A DNA stretch of 33,668 nt, from positions 38,324,623 to 38,358,290 of the forward strand of contig NC_068981.1 in NCBI RefSeq assembly GCF_001194135.2. Direction: 5' to 3'. Source of the DNA: Octopus bimaculoides (taxonomy: Eukaryota). The first letter of the stretch is position 1; each line of letters begins with the position of its first letter. Positions 23,031 to 33,517 of the stretch are shown here, in pieces. The notes under the pieces are model-generated. The model ran no database searches, was not told the origin of the DNA, and saw only the letters and a list, made by a program, of their open reading frames with translations. The translations under genes were made by a program, and so were the position numbers.

Positions 23031-23955
23031 GTAATGCTTATCAAAACTGAAACATAGCTCTTCCATAAGAACCAATGTTACTGCTGTTTTTAACCCCAAG
23101 AAGATGCCTCATGCAGCTGGTTATTCAATCTAATCTGCACTCAATATGCATTGCAAGCAGAGGAGTGAACCCCTAGCATCTAGCCATGAGACCACTAGAC
23201 AATATGGTTTTAATCTCTTTGTGGTCATCCTAGGTGGTGGATACTCATTTGCTAGAAATAGAAGTAGTTCACTCCAGCTTGCAATATAGAAATCAAGTGA
23301 CACTGATCTAACAAGAAGCAAACTACCTAGTCAGAAAATCTCATTGAGAGATGAAAGCAGTAACTATACTGGGATATAATGATTATTGCCATTTAAACAT
23401 GGCTGTTCCATAGGAACTGACATTACAGCTAATTTTAACCCCAGCAAAATACCTCCTCCAGCTGGTTATTCGATGCAACCTTTACTCGATATATATTGCA
23501 AGCAGGGGTTAAAATAGCAGTAGCAACAGTTCCTACACAATGGCCATGTGTGGTGACAAGAAACATTACTTCTCAGTATAGTTACAGCTTTCACCTCGTA
23601 TAACGATTTTCTAACTAGTTTGCTTGTTGCAAGATCAGTGACTGTTTGTCATTTGATTTCTATACATTGTGAGCTGGAGTGAACTACTGCTATCTCTAGT
23701 GATCAAGTATTCATTTCTGAGAATGACCACAAAGAAGTCAAAACCATAGAGTTTGGTGGTCTCGTGGCTAGAAGATGGTAGGGCTTCACTCCTCTGCTTG
23801 CAATATACCAGGTGCAGATTACATCAAATAACCAGCTGAGGAAGGTATCTTCTTGGGGTTAACAATCCTGCAAAACAGCCATGATTATGTGGCGATAAGC
23901 ATTAGTTCTCAGTATAGTTATCATTTCTTATAGAGATTCTATATCTAGCTAGTTT
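23031..23955. repeat. Large imperfect palindrome (foldback) built from a ~350-bp unit
   Basis: Arm 23090-23442 is the reverse complement of 23505-23862 along its whole length, around a 62-nt loop. Weaker symmetry extends to ~23031 and ~23905. Direct repeats at a ~345-350 bp period occur on each side. Confidence 0.9.
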
Positions 23956-24144
23956 AATAGTAACTAAATAATTATTTACTAATTAAATCATGCATAGAAA
24001 ATTACCTGTTACTCTGCATGTGATAACTATGGTGTAAGATATTATCACCTATTTTATCTCACCAATTTATGTAGGATATTTATATAAACTTTTGAGTTTT
24101 TTAAATTATTCTCCAGTTTTCTTTCTTGACTATAAATATATATA

Positions 24145-24198
24145 TAGTCCCATCCATGCCAGCATGGAAAGCGAATGTTAAACGATGATGATGATATA

Positions 24199-24257
<59 letters not shown>

Positions 24258-24355
24258 GTATACATGCATACATGTATGCATGTTTATATGTGTGTATGCA
24301 TGTATATATTTATGAATATGTGTGTGTGGAGAGAGAGAGAGAGAGAGAAAGAGAG
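24145..24355 (+). repeat. Isolated RTE-type SINE/LINE tail followed by a compound microsatellite
   Basis: CCATGCCAGCATGGAAAGCGAATGTTAAACGATGATGATGAT, then (TA)n, (TATG)n, (TG)n and (GA)n. Confidence 0.85.
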
Positions 24356-26905
24356 ATGTTTGTATCTATGTATATATTAGCTAATGTCCCTAACAAGCAA
24401 ATCTAAATCCTTGAGTCACTCCTGCAGATCAATATATGTCTATGTGCAAACACACGTGCACATACACACTTGTATCGCCATACATCTTCATGTAATTTCC
24501 TTTTTATCATTACAATCTCTATTTTGATGTATTTTATGTGTTTATTTGTCTTCTTTGTGTCATCTCCAATCTCAGATTTCATTGTGGTTTCCTTTATGTC
24601 AATAAAATTTTGATTACTTTACTCTTGAATTGTTTTTATTTGTTATCCAACACTGAATTTATATCTAACTATACCTTGTGACAAATTCAAATATTTCATG
24701 CAACATATTGCTTCTGCTTGTGTTTCCTACTAGCAAACTTTAATAGAACTTTTCCATTAATAATAGCTTGATTGTTCATTTGGTATTATTAATGTCTGCA
24801 GTTTACAAAACAGACCTAACTTCTATGAATCCTGTTAAATGATAACATACTGAGGGAGATTGATTAATATAAACGTTAAGACTCATTGCTATTGTCAGTA
24901 TCTACTAAATCCTAGCAAGATTTTTCTTTCTTAGAAGTACCAAATTAGTTGTCCAACTTGCTTCATAATATTTATTGCAAATGAAAGCACATATTCTAAA
25001 TGAAATAATATTTGTTTATATTAGATAGGAAATAAAGCAAGCATGTTTCCATTTGATACTTATTAAATTATGACAATTAAATAAAACAGTCTCCTTCAAA
25101 TTATTTTAAACAAAGTTGATTATGATTATGATCTTACAGGTTGATTATAATACATAACCAGATACAAATGGAAATGTAATTTAAATTATAAATTTTCATT
25201 GGAAAAGACGTATCTTCACACTGTAGTTACCAAATTTCAACAAACAAAGATCAACTAAATATAATTAAGTTTACAAGTAGTTTCACACATGAAAATTTAT
25301 GTGTTATGATATCATTTTTAAAACATTCATTTTATGTCTATTTGATTTATTCCAGTTCTGTGTTAATACGCTGTGGAAAAATTTTCTGTTTATTTATTCA
25401 TGAGTAGCCAAAGATGATAGCATGATGCAACACTGTGAAGAATGAGTCATAAAGTTGATGACAGTAAATTCAGTGACATAACTGATAAACACATAGCAAC
25501 ATTTACATAGGGTCAATTTTATCCTATAACATGAAAATAAATTACATAATAAAAACAATACATAAAATACATATTTTGCAAGAATTAAAAAGTGCATGAT
25601 ATATTAAGATTAGAATATTCATCTAGCAACAATTGGAATGGAATATATTAAAAAATGCAGCAAATATCCCATGCAATTAATTTAAAGTGACTTATCACTG
25701 ATTTGAAATGACCACTGGCAAAACATGTTGAGAATGACAGAAATTTTTGCATAATTGAATATGGAAACAGACACACCTACACATATATTGCATATTTGTC
25801 CCTGCATATGTGAATGCATGGGAATATATGAATATATGTAGACTGTCAGATTGATATACATATATATATATATATGTATAGTCAGATCTAAGAGTTATTG
25901 CTTCCTATAGAAATATTCCCTATTAATAAATTTCTTTTGAGTAATATAAATTGATAACCTTAACAAATCTGCATTGAACCACACCACCACCATCACCACT
26001 TTGCATTTACACAAAAATGTCATTCCATGTCTACCATTTGTAATAGGCAACTTTTGGCAATATTTCCAGTATCATATAACCGTTAGCATTTAATTGCATA
26101 TCTTGACATTCTACTTCTGCACCCTTAATGTTATTAGCCTGTCTAGACAAGATGGTATTACATACAGCAGCAGCAATAACAACAACATTATTATTATTAT
26201 TATTACTACATTAACAATTGTTTATAAGAAATGAATCCTGTTTCAAACCAGTTCTCTATCAAATATGTGTAAATAGAATGACTGTTAGTCAGATGTGCTA
26301 CTTTCAACCTTAGTAAATCTCATTGGAACGTGCTTGTGCTTCTGGCATCAAAATAATAATAATCGTTCAGAATACTACCCTTGCAGATGCATAATTTCCC
26401 TACAGAGATTAAATATTACAACATGTATCCTGTCACCATTCCAAGAAACTAATTTGCAATGTTGAAAAGCTTTCAATATTATAATGAATAGTAACCCTTA
26501 CAAATCAAAAACATACACAGAGAAAGTCATTAAATAATTAAACTGGAAATCTAATTTGTAAAATAAATGATTACCTAAAGAAAATAAAAGAAGATATATG
26601 TCTGAAGGACATGCATTTAGGAATTTACTAAGGAAATTTATCAATTTAAATTCAAAATATACATATGCAGATTGAAATTCACATATGCATATGAAGCTAT
26701 GAAAATACCAATAAAATAGAACAACAATGACTCAAAGATAGAGACATGGAATTGTGAATTTTCAGCTCCGAACTTTCAGTGTGTCTTGCTCATCATAATA
26801 ATTATCACTTCAGACAATAACAATTATTAAGCAGGCCAACTCTTTACTCAAAGGAGATGAGTAATACATTTAACAGAACTAATAAAATTAAAAAAGATCA
26901 GGTTT

Positions 26906-26936
<31 letters not shown>

Positions 26937-27686
26937 AAGCTAACGCAAATATATTTTGTTTCTCTCCCCTTTTTTACATATGTAGGTATAAATAGAAATA
27001 TCAGTCTTTAGGATGGATACTCGACAGGTCTATAGAAAAAAATCTATTACTTAGATATTATGACCAATATTGTCCTATCATACACAAATAGTGATAGCAA
27101 GATAATTTTTCTTAGAAGAAAATAAGGAGGAAGATGCCTCAGATCAGTACAGACAGCTGTTAGATCTGACTTGGTATCCTTCAGATATTTTCAGCTGAAG
27201 AGCATCTGTAAAAGTAGGTTAACCAAATACCCAAAATTAAAGTGATCATCATTTTTCCTTTCAAGAAATATTGGTGCATGTACTTACATACATATACATA
27301 AAGGTATACAAACACATACATACATATCAAAATGAAAGGTATACTTACTCATAAGATATTAAAATGCAGCTGCAATATTCCTTTCAAAACCTCTGAGAAG
27401 TGTGAGCACTAAAAGCCTAATACAATGCTGTGAGACACAGAAAGAAACTGTACCCTAAAACAATACACCATAACCCATGCAATGAAAATCAACATCAAGT
27501 AACACCCTATTGTCTTCCACAAAAACTGGCAAGAAAGGGCAACACAGGAGCATGTGCAAAGGAAAGCAAAGAGTGAGAATAGTGCTAATGAATGAAAGAT
27601 GCGGATAGATTAAGAGTTCCAAATCTATAAAGAAATAATATAGTATCTAGACTAAGTAAGCATTCCTACAATGAATTACATAGAAC

Positions 27687-28272
27687 ATTGCCCACCATAT
27701 GCACAACATCGTTTTTCGCAGATGCAGATCTTGTTTCACATGCAGTGTCACTTATTTACTGGGTCTAAGCCATTCCTTACACTGCTTCATATTGATGTAC
27801 AGGCACCATTTTTCATTGCCAGTAACAATTTGGTAAAGAAATCGTTGCTTGTGTCCATGAGTTGAGCGGTGATGAGCAAGCAAACAGCAGAGATTCTGGC
27901 TCATTGATTTTTGTTGTTGTCACTCAAAGCATGCGAAACCCATGCGCCATACTTCTGAACATTTCCCATTGAGTAAAGATGCTTCTCTATAGCAGTGTGG
28001 GAGCATTCCATAACACACTTCAAACTCATAAAAAGACAAGTCCCATCATTTACAATAATATCTGTTAACATGCTTTTATTTACCATTTATATGGCCACTC
28101 CAAGTTCAATATACAGCAAAATACCATTAAAAAGGCATGAAGAACTCTCATTAGGCTATACAAGTATCAGAATAATTAATCTGTCCTCTGGCATCGATAT
28201 ATTCAACTGATTTGCACCCTATTGTAATGATGGATTAAAAAGAACTTACTACAAACAAAAAGTCAATCCCTA
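27687..28272 (-). pseudogene. Mariner (Tc1/mariner) transposase remnant, internally deleted and 3'-truncated
   Basis: MECSHTAIEKHLYSMGNVQKYGAWVSHALSDNNKNQ carries the WVPHEL motif. After a frameshift it reads LLAHHRSTHGHKQRFLYQIVTGNEKWCLYIN...KQDLHLRKTMLCIWW (first catalytic D of IVTGDEKW changed to N). 5' non-coding remnant at ~28100-28272. Confidence 0.9.
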
Positions 28273-28784
28273 ACCAAGAACATTAGGCTTCCAAGTAAAA
28301 AGTGTATGACCGAGTAGAATGCCATGCAGTGTGTAAGACTTAGATCACATTAAAGGACTCTAAAGCCAACGTTTGTTTGTTCAACCCAAGATATAGTGTA
28401 ATCATCCTCCACCAAAAATGAATTGTGAAGAATTAGCACCATAAATGTAAAGGTAATAAATGTCACAATATTACCACAGTATATCAACAGCAACACGACA
28501 GAAAAAAGTACTTTGTAGATTTACCCAATTTTATCAATCAACTTGTCCCTTGTCTATAAAACCATAACATTCTGTAAAACAATCATTACATTTAGTAAAA
28601 TTGGTACCAGCAATATAAAGGAATTGCTCTTGATTTATGATGATATCTAGATCACAAACGGTAAGCCCAGAACTTTTCAACAACTTTTCTGTAGATAGGG
28701 TTAATGTCACTGATGTTCATGACCTTAAAGTCTCTTAGATTCACGATGATCTTAAAAAACAACTATACCCCTAGCATATAATTA

Positions 28785-29255
28785 AATAGGGATGATGTAT
28801 TGACAGTCTTCCATAAAATAAATGGCTACAGAATGACAAGTTTAGGAAAGAACTAGTGAGAATATTTAAATAACTTAAATTGGAAATAACCACCAGCACT
28901 AATCTTATAATCATCTTTTTTCTAGCCTACACATTAGACTACTATCAACTGCTACACCTTTACAAGACACAACGATGATACATTTCATGTGAAAAGAATG
29001 CTACATCTCGACCATCAATTACAGAACCCTCAGTAAATAATACAATTAGAAGAATATCAAAATTATACTCTAAAAGAGATATATTCAGCTGATCCAGAGC
29101 CTTCTATAATGATAGATTACTAAAATGTAGCTATCGAGAAAAAATATTATGTATAAAATGCTTTACAAAGTAGGATAGATAAGTAAAAATAATCATCAGT
29201 CTATTATAGAATGAATGTAAATAACAACAGACCACAATTTCTTTTCTAGCATGGG
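28785..29255 (+). pseudogene. Penelope-like element fragment, RT catalytic motif through thumb, decayed
   Basis: RDDVLTVF (YRDDGL motif); DKFRKELVRIFK*LKLEITTSTNL; IRRISKLYSKRDIFS*SRAFYNDRLLKCSYREKI. This is collinear with the PLE RT C-terminal region. Confidence 0.8.
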
Positions 29256-30232
29256 CCTTTAGTAGACATGATATTTTGTGTATATTCTTGTCATTTATAG
29301 TTGGTATGAAGAATTCAGAAGAGACGAGGGATATCACAAAATCTAGTGAGCAGAAGCTACTAGAGTGAAAGTAGAATAAGTAAAATGAGAATACAAGCAG
29401 ATATTATTTATGCAGGTTTGCCAAGCCAAAGAATCTTTTCTTTCTAAATGATCTATGATGTGAATGGTGTAGATAAAAGTTAAAAAGTCCAATATATTCA
29501 CAGGCTAAATCATATTCAAATGGCTAAATATTTTCCTCACATCAGAATTACTTGATAGTAAGAACCCTTGTATCATTACTAGAGCCAGAAACAATAAAAT
29601 TTTCTTTATTTCCTCAAAATCAACTTTTGGGGCAATGAACTATTATTTATACAATATTGGCAATAGTGTTATTTGCACAATATTGAGCATTGCATTATTA
29701 TTTTTAAAACATTGGCTCATGTGTTATTTGCATAACAATATGCTCTATTCTGAAATATAGTATTTATTAATTATATATTTTCATGCAACATGAAAAATTT
29801 TAAACGATTTCATAACCAAATTTCTTGTCTCATAGCTATTAATCCCAAAGCAAATTATAAAAATATAACGATGTTGTATGAAGAAAATAATTCTTCACAA
29901 ATTCAATTACTTTTTGCTTCAGTTATCACTGGAGGAATCCATCCCCCAAAGTTTTCTTATGAATAAGAAATTTTATGGATGCTATTCAAAAATTCACGAG
30001 AAGTGTTAATTCCCAGAATATTGTTAATATATTTTACACGCACTTACTTTTAGATTTCCTTAAAATTTATTCATCACAACTTCTGCCACCATCATATTTT
30101 AGTTTAAGTTAGCATTAATATGTTTAATGCATTAGCATTAAAAAGCTAACTAGAATTAAATTTGCAGTAACTTAAACATGATTTTAGTCAATGTATGATA
30201 TCATTTTTATTATATCTTTTTCTGCTTGGCAG

Positions 30233-30287
30233 GTACAGCAGAAAACTGAACAGATTTTAACAATATTCTGGACTCCTCATAAGCAAG
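30233..30287 (+). CDS. Possible isolated 55-nt coding exon (VQQKTEQILTIFWTPHKQ-G), tentatively ASH-domain-like
   Basis: Pyrimidine tract TCTTTTTCTGCTTGGCAG, an open frame, and donor AAG/GTATAA. The WTPxxxG spacing resembles the ASH domain of ASPM. No partner exon was found. Confidence 0.2.
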
Positions 30288-31922
30288 GTATAACATTTAT
30301 AAACGTCACTTTCTTCTTCAGTTGAGTTGTACCAGACATGATATCAAATATATTACTTTTGTCTTTTAAGTACAAGATTTGTATGATATTGTTCCGTCAT
30401 TTTCTCTTTCAAAGCTAAATAACACCTGAGGGCACTGCTCCTAACAGAAATACTGTGGTTATGTGAGTTTATGGCCTTATTCATCCAAAATGTGTAATAT
30501 TAATAGGATTCTCGGCCCTCATAGGACTTTGTATTATAGCCATAAACTAAGGAAATAACTATGCTTAGACTAGTTTGCCTGATGGAAAAAAATCACTTAT
30601 ACATTATGATTTCATGAAAGATGTTGCCAAACTATATTAAAATTAAAATAACAATTTTATCATTTGAAAAAATGTAAATAAAAAACAGGAATTTTTTTTT
30701 AAATCGAAAATAATTTCATATTGGTTAAAATAAAAAAAATGTTTGCAAATGATGTCAAATTTTCAGATGCAAAATGCTGTTTTCAGGAAGTATAGAAATA
30801 CTTTTAGCTTGCCCAGAATTATAATATAATAGGAATATTATACAAATAAAATTTTAAAAAGTAAATCAATACAAGTTGAACATTGATATTAACAGTTCAT
30901 ATTTCTTTTAGTGTTTAGAGGGTTTGTGACAATTCATTCTGTTATTGAATAATGAAATAGCTGTTTTGTGATTATATTTTAAATGAAATACCCTAATATT
31001 TCATTGAAAATAGCAAACAGTAAATGTTTGGCAAAATAATTTTTTATATACTGATCTGGTATTTTAGGTATAGGCACTTAAAACAGGAGGTTTTGTTTCA
31101 TAGTAACAGATATGCTCTCAGTTGTGCTGGTATCAAGAGATTTAGGTATTACTTTTTGATATAAACAAAAGAGATAATGATTTCTCTTAAGATTCAAGAA
31201 TAGTTTTGTGCACTAACATGTTTACCTTGAAAAATATAGAGAGAGAACATAGAATCAAGAGAAATCGTTAGTCATGCAGTGAACAAAATCAACGTCTCCA
31301 GCACTGGTGCTCAATGCACTCTGTAAAAGTGTTGGTGGATTTATAGAAAAAAATAAGGTAGAAAGAAATCTTTGGTATTATGAAGGACATGTCTATATCT
31401 AGCTCTGGTGTTATAAAATGATCCCAGTAAACACTGTAAAATAAATAGAAATAGTTGATGTTAATTAAGAGATACAACCAAACCATAGACACTATGTTTT
31501 AATGGAATATACAAGGAAGATATGGTCCTCCAGCATGTCAGTAAGTAGCTCCAGAGAAGAACTTATTTAGACCATAACAATGGACGTAAATGATGATGAT
31601 GAGGAGGATGAACAGTAGGTGGGAAAAAGGAGAGGGAGGATGGGATGGGAAAGGGTTTAATAGAAACAAGGAGGGTAAATAATAATAATAAGATGATGAT
31701 GATGATGATGATGAAGTAGGAAGAGGACGGTAAGAGAACTATTGAGTATCAGTGGCTTAACAATCAAAATGAAATATGATAAAATATTCACCAACCAACC
31801 TTAGAATGACTTTGCCTTCATTTATAATATTGCTTTATTATCTTTTTTTTTTAGTTATTTCAATAATTGGACAATGGTCAAGTGCTTTTTACTTTCTACT
31901 TGTTGGTATCTCTCAATAAATT

Positions 31923-32145
31923 AAGGTGATGAGCTGGCAGAATCATTAGCATGCCAGGAAAAATACTTAATGATATTTTGTCCATCTTTACTTTCTGAGT
32001 TCAAATTCCACTGAGGTCAACTTTGCCCTTTCTTCCTTTGGGGGTTGATAAAATAAGCACCAGTTGAACACAGGGATCGATGTAATTGATTTACTGCCCC
32101 TCCCCTAAAATTGCTGGCCTTTTGTCAAAATTTGAAACTAATATT
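31923..32145 (+). mobile_element. Nin-domain-type SINE, fairly intact
   Basis: GGTGATGAGCTGGCAGAATCATTAGC...CTGAGTTCAAATTCCACTGAGGTCAACTTTGCC...GGGGTTGATAAAATAAGCACCAGTTGAACACAGGGATCGATGTAATTGA...TTTGAAAC. Confidence 0.85.
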
Positions 32146-33261
32146 TCTCAAGAAATTGAAAAATCCACTCAATCATATGCAATTCCATAATCACTGAAAA
32201 AGTTTTAAATTATTCATCACAGATAGAACTTTGATCAACAAGCTGAAGATCCAACTTAAAATAAAATCATGCAGTGATGATATTACTGAGTACTAAACAA
32301 GTTTAGAAAAAGAAAAGTTTTTAAAAATCCTACTCAAAGATCTAGATATAGAAAAAAATACATTAGGGGCTCTTCAATCACTATGATTTATTTTGATGGT
32401 AATAGAATTAATTATATGAAAAAAACAAAAAACAAACAAACAAAATGTAATTTTGAAAGAAATCACTACTGACAACCATCTCTTATAATTTTCATACAGG
32501 ATATGTTCTGAAAATTTTAAGCATTCCTTTTTTTTTTAATTGCAAAAATGTTGCAAGCTACATTTGAATAGGGTTGTTTTTCAAAGGTTTCAGATGGCAC
32601 TAAAAATGTATATATTAACCTATACTTATGACTGATCGAAAAATTAAGCATGCATGTCAAAAAATTGCAATATGTTTGTGTATTATTTTTCTTCAAGATA
32701 TTCAAACAATTATAAAAATTGAATTTATGAATCTCTGTATGTATACACACACAAACACACAATGACAGTGATTTTACGAAGCTTGGCATGTTTTCTCAAG
32801 TGCAGCAAATCACTATGCATGTTTCATGGCTACATAACTGTGGGAAAATATCTGGTCAAACTACAATGAATCGTACAAGATAGATACCACCCAATATGAG
32901 GACACTCTTCCGGTCCGGTAACTTCAAAAAACGTATCTTAAATTTAAAAATGCATAAAATAGTAAAAGTATAAAAATCTGTCCGTTGAAGCAACATTTAG
33001 TACAAAGGAAATTGTCAAGGTTTTATAATAAAACACATCAAATAGCAATAAATATCTGTCAAATTTAAGGCATAAAACGTCAATTGGGGAGATAATATCT
33101 GTAGATAAGGAAAGGGAACATATATAACGAAAGTGTGATTAGCTAGTAAAGGGGAAAAAACCGTGCAAGAATATAAGGAAAACCCCCCCACATCACTTAA
33201 CTTAACGAGGAAACTTGATTGACTGAGGTACTAACCAAAGCCAAGAAATATAAACTATGTG

Positions 33262-33332
33262 TATCACGTGACAAAATGGCGCCCACCACGTGATCACGAA
33301 TGTCAAACTGACGTTTAGAAATAAAACACGTG
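33262..33332. promoter_or_regulatory. Cluster of E-boxes, a YY1 motif and a CRE half-site
   Basis: CACGTG at 33265-33270, 33287-33292 and 33327-33332; CAAAATGGCGCC at 33272-33283; TGACGT at 33309-33314. Motif presence only, function untested. Confidence 0.4.
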
Positions 33333-33359
33333 AGATAAGCGGTCTACGCACTGAGGAAT

Positions 33360-33517
33360 TTCAACCATGTTTCGTGGTCTGCTACCACAACAGCTCCTTT
33401 ATAGGATCCAGTTAGCTCAAGACATCATCAGGAGTAACCACGTCCGGTTTCGGCCCCTATTCCTCTACCGTTTTGACGTGGCGGGGCCCCTCCTTTCGGA
33501 GGTGTCTTCAGCTCTGG
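33360..33517 (-). ncRNA. Two tandem hammerhead-ribozyme-like motifs (type I topology, atypical stem II)
   Basis: Minus-strand CUGAAGA (33505-33511) and GAAAC (33447-33451); CUGAUGA (33425-33431) and GAAAC (33369-33373). Each GAAAC is directly preceded by a hairpin and followed by GGUU. Confidence 0.45.

Noticed and set aside
26768-26810. Minus-strand AUGAUGA-GC...GCU-GAAA hammerhead-like trace
   Set aside because: The core C is missing, stem II is 2-3 bp and there is no stem III or cleavage triplet; too weak to call.
27116-27215. Protein-looking snippets on both strands (EENKEEDASDQYRQLLDLTW; DALQLKISEGYQ)
   Set aside because: Both have only weak donors, they are mutually antisense, and neither shows homology I can name.
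33276-33292. TGGCGCCCACCACGTG as a tRNA-Lys primer-binding site after an LTR ending in CA
   Set aside because: Only the first 9 nt match without a gap, no LTR is evident upstream and no gag follows; the YY1/E-box reading is simpler.
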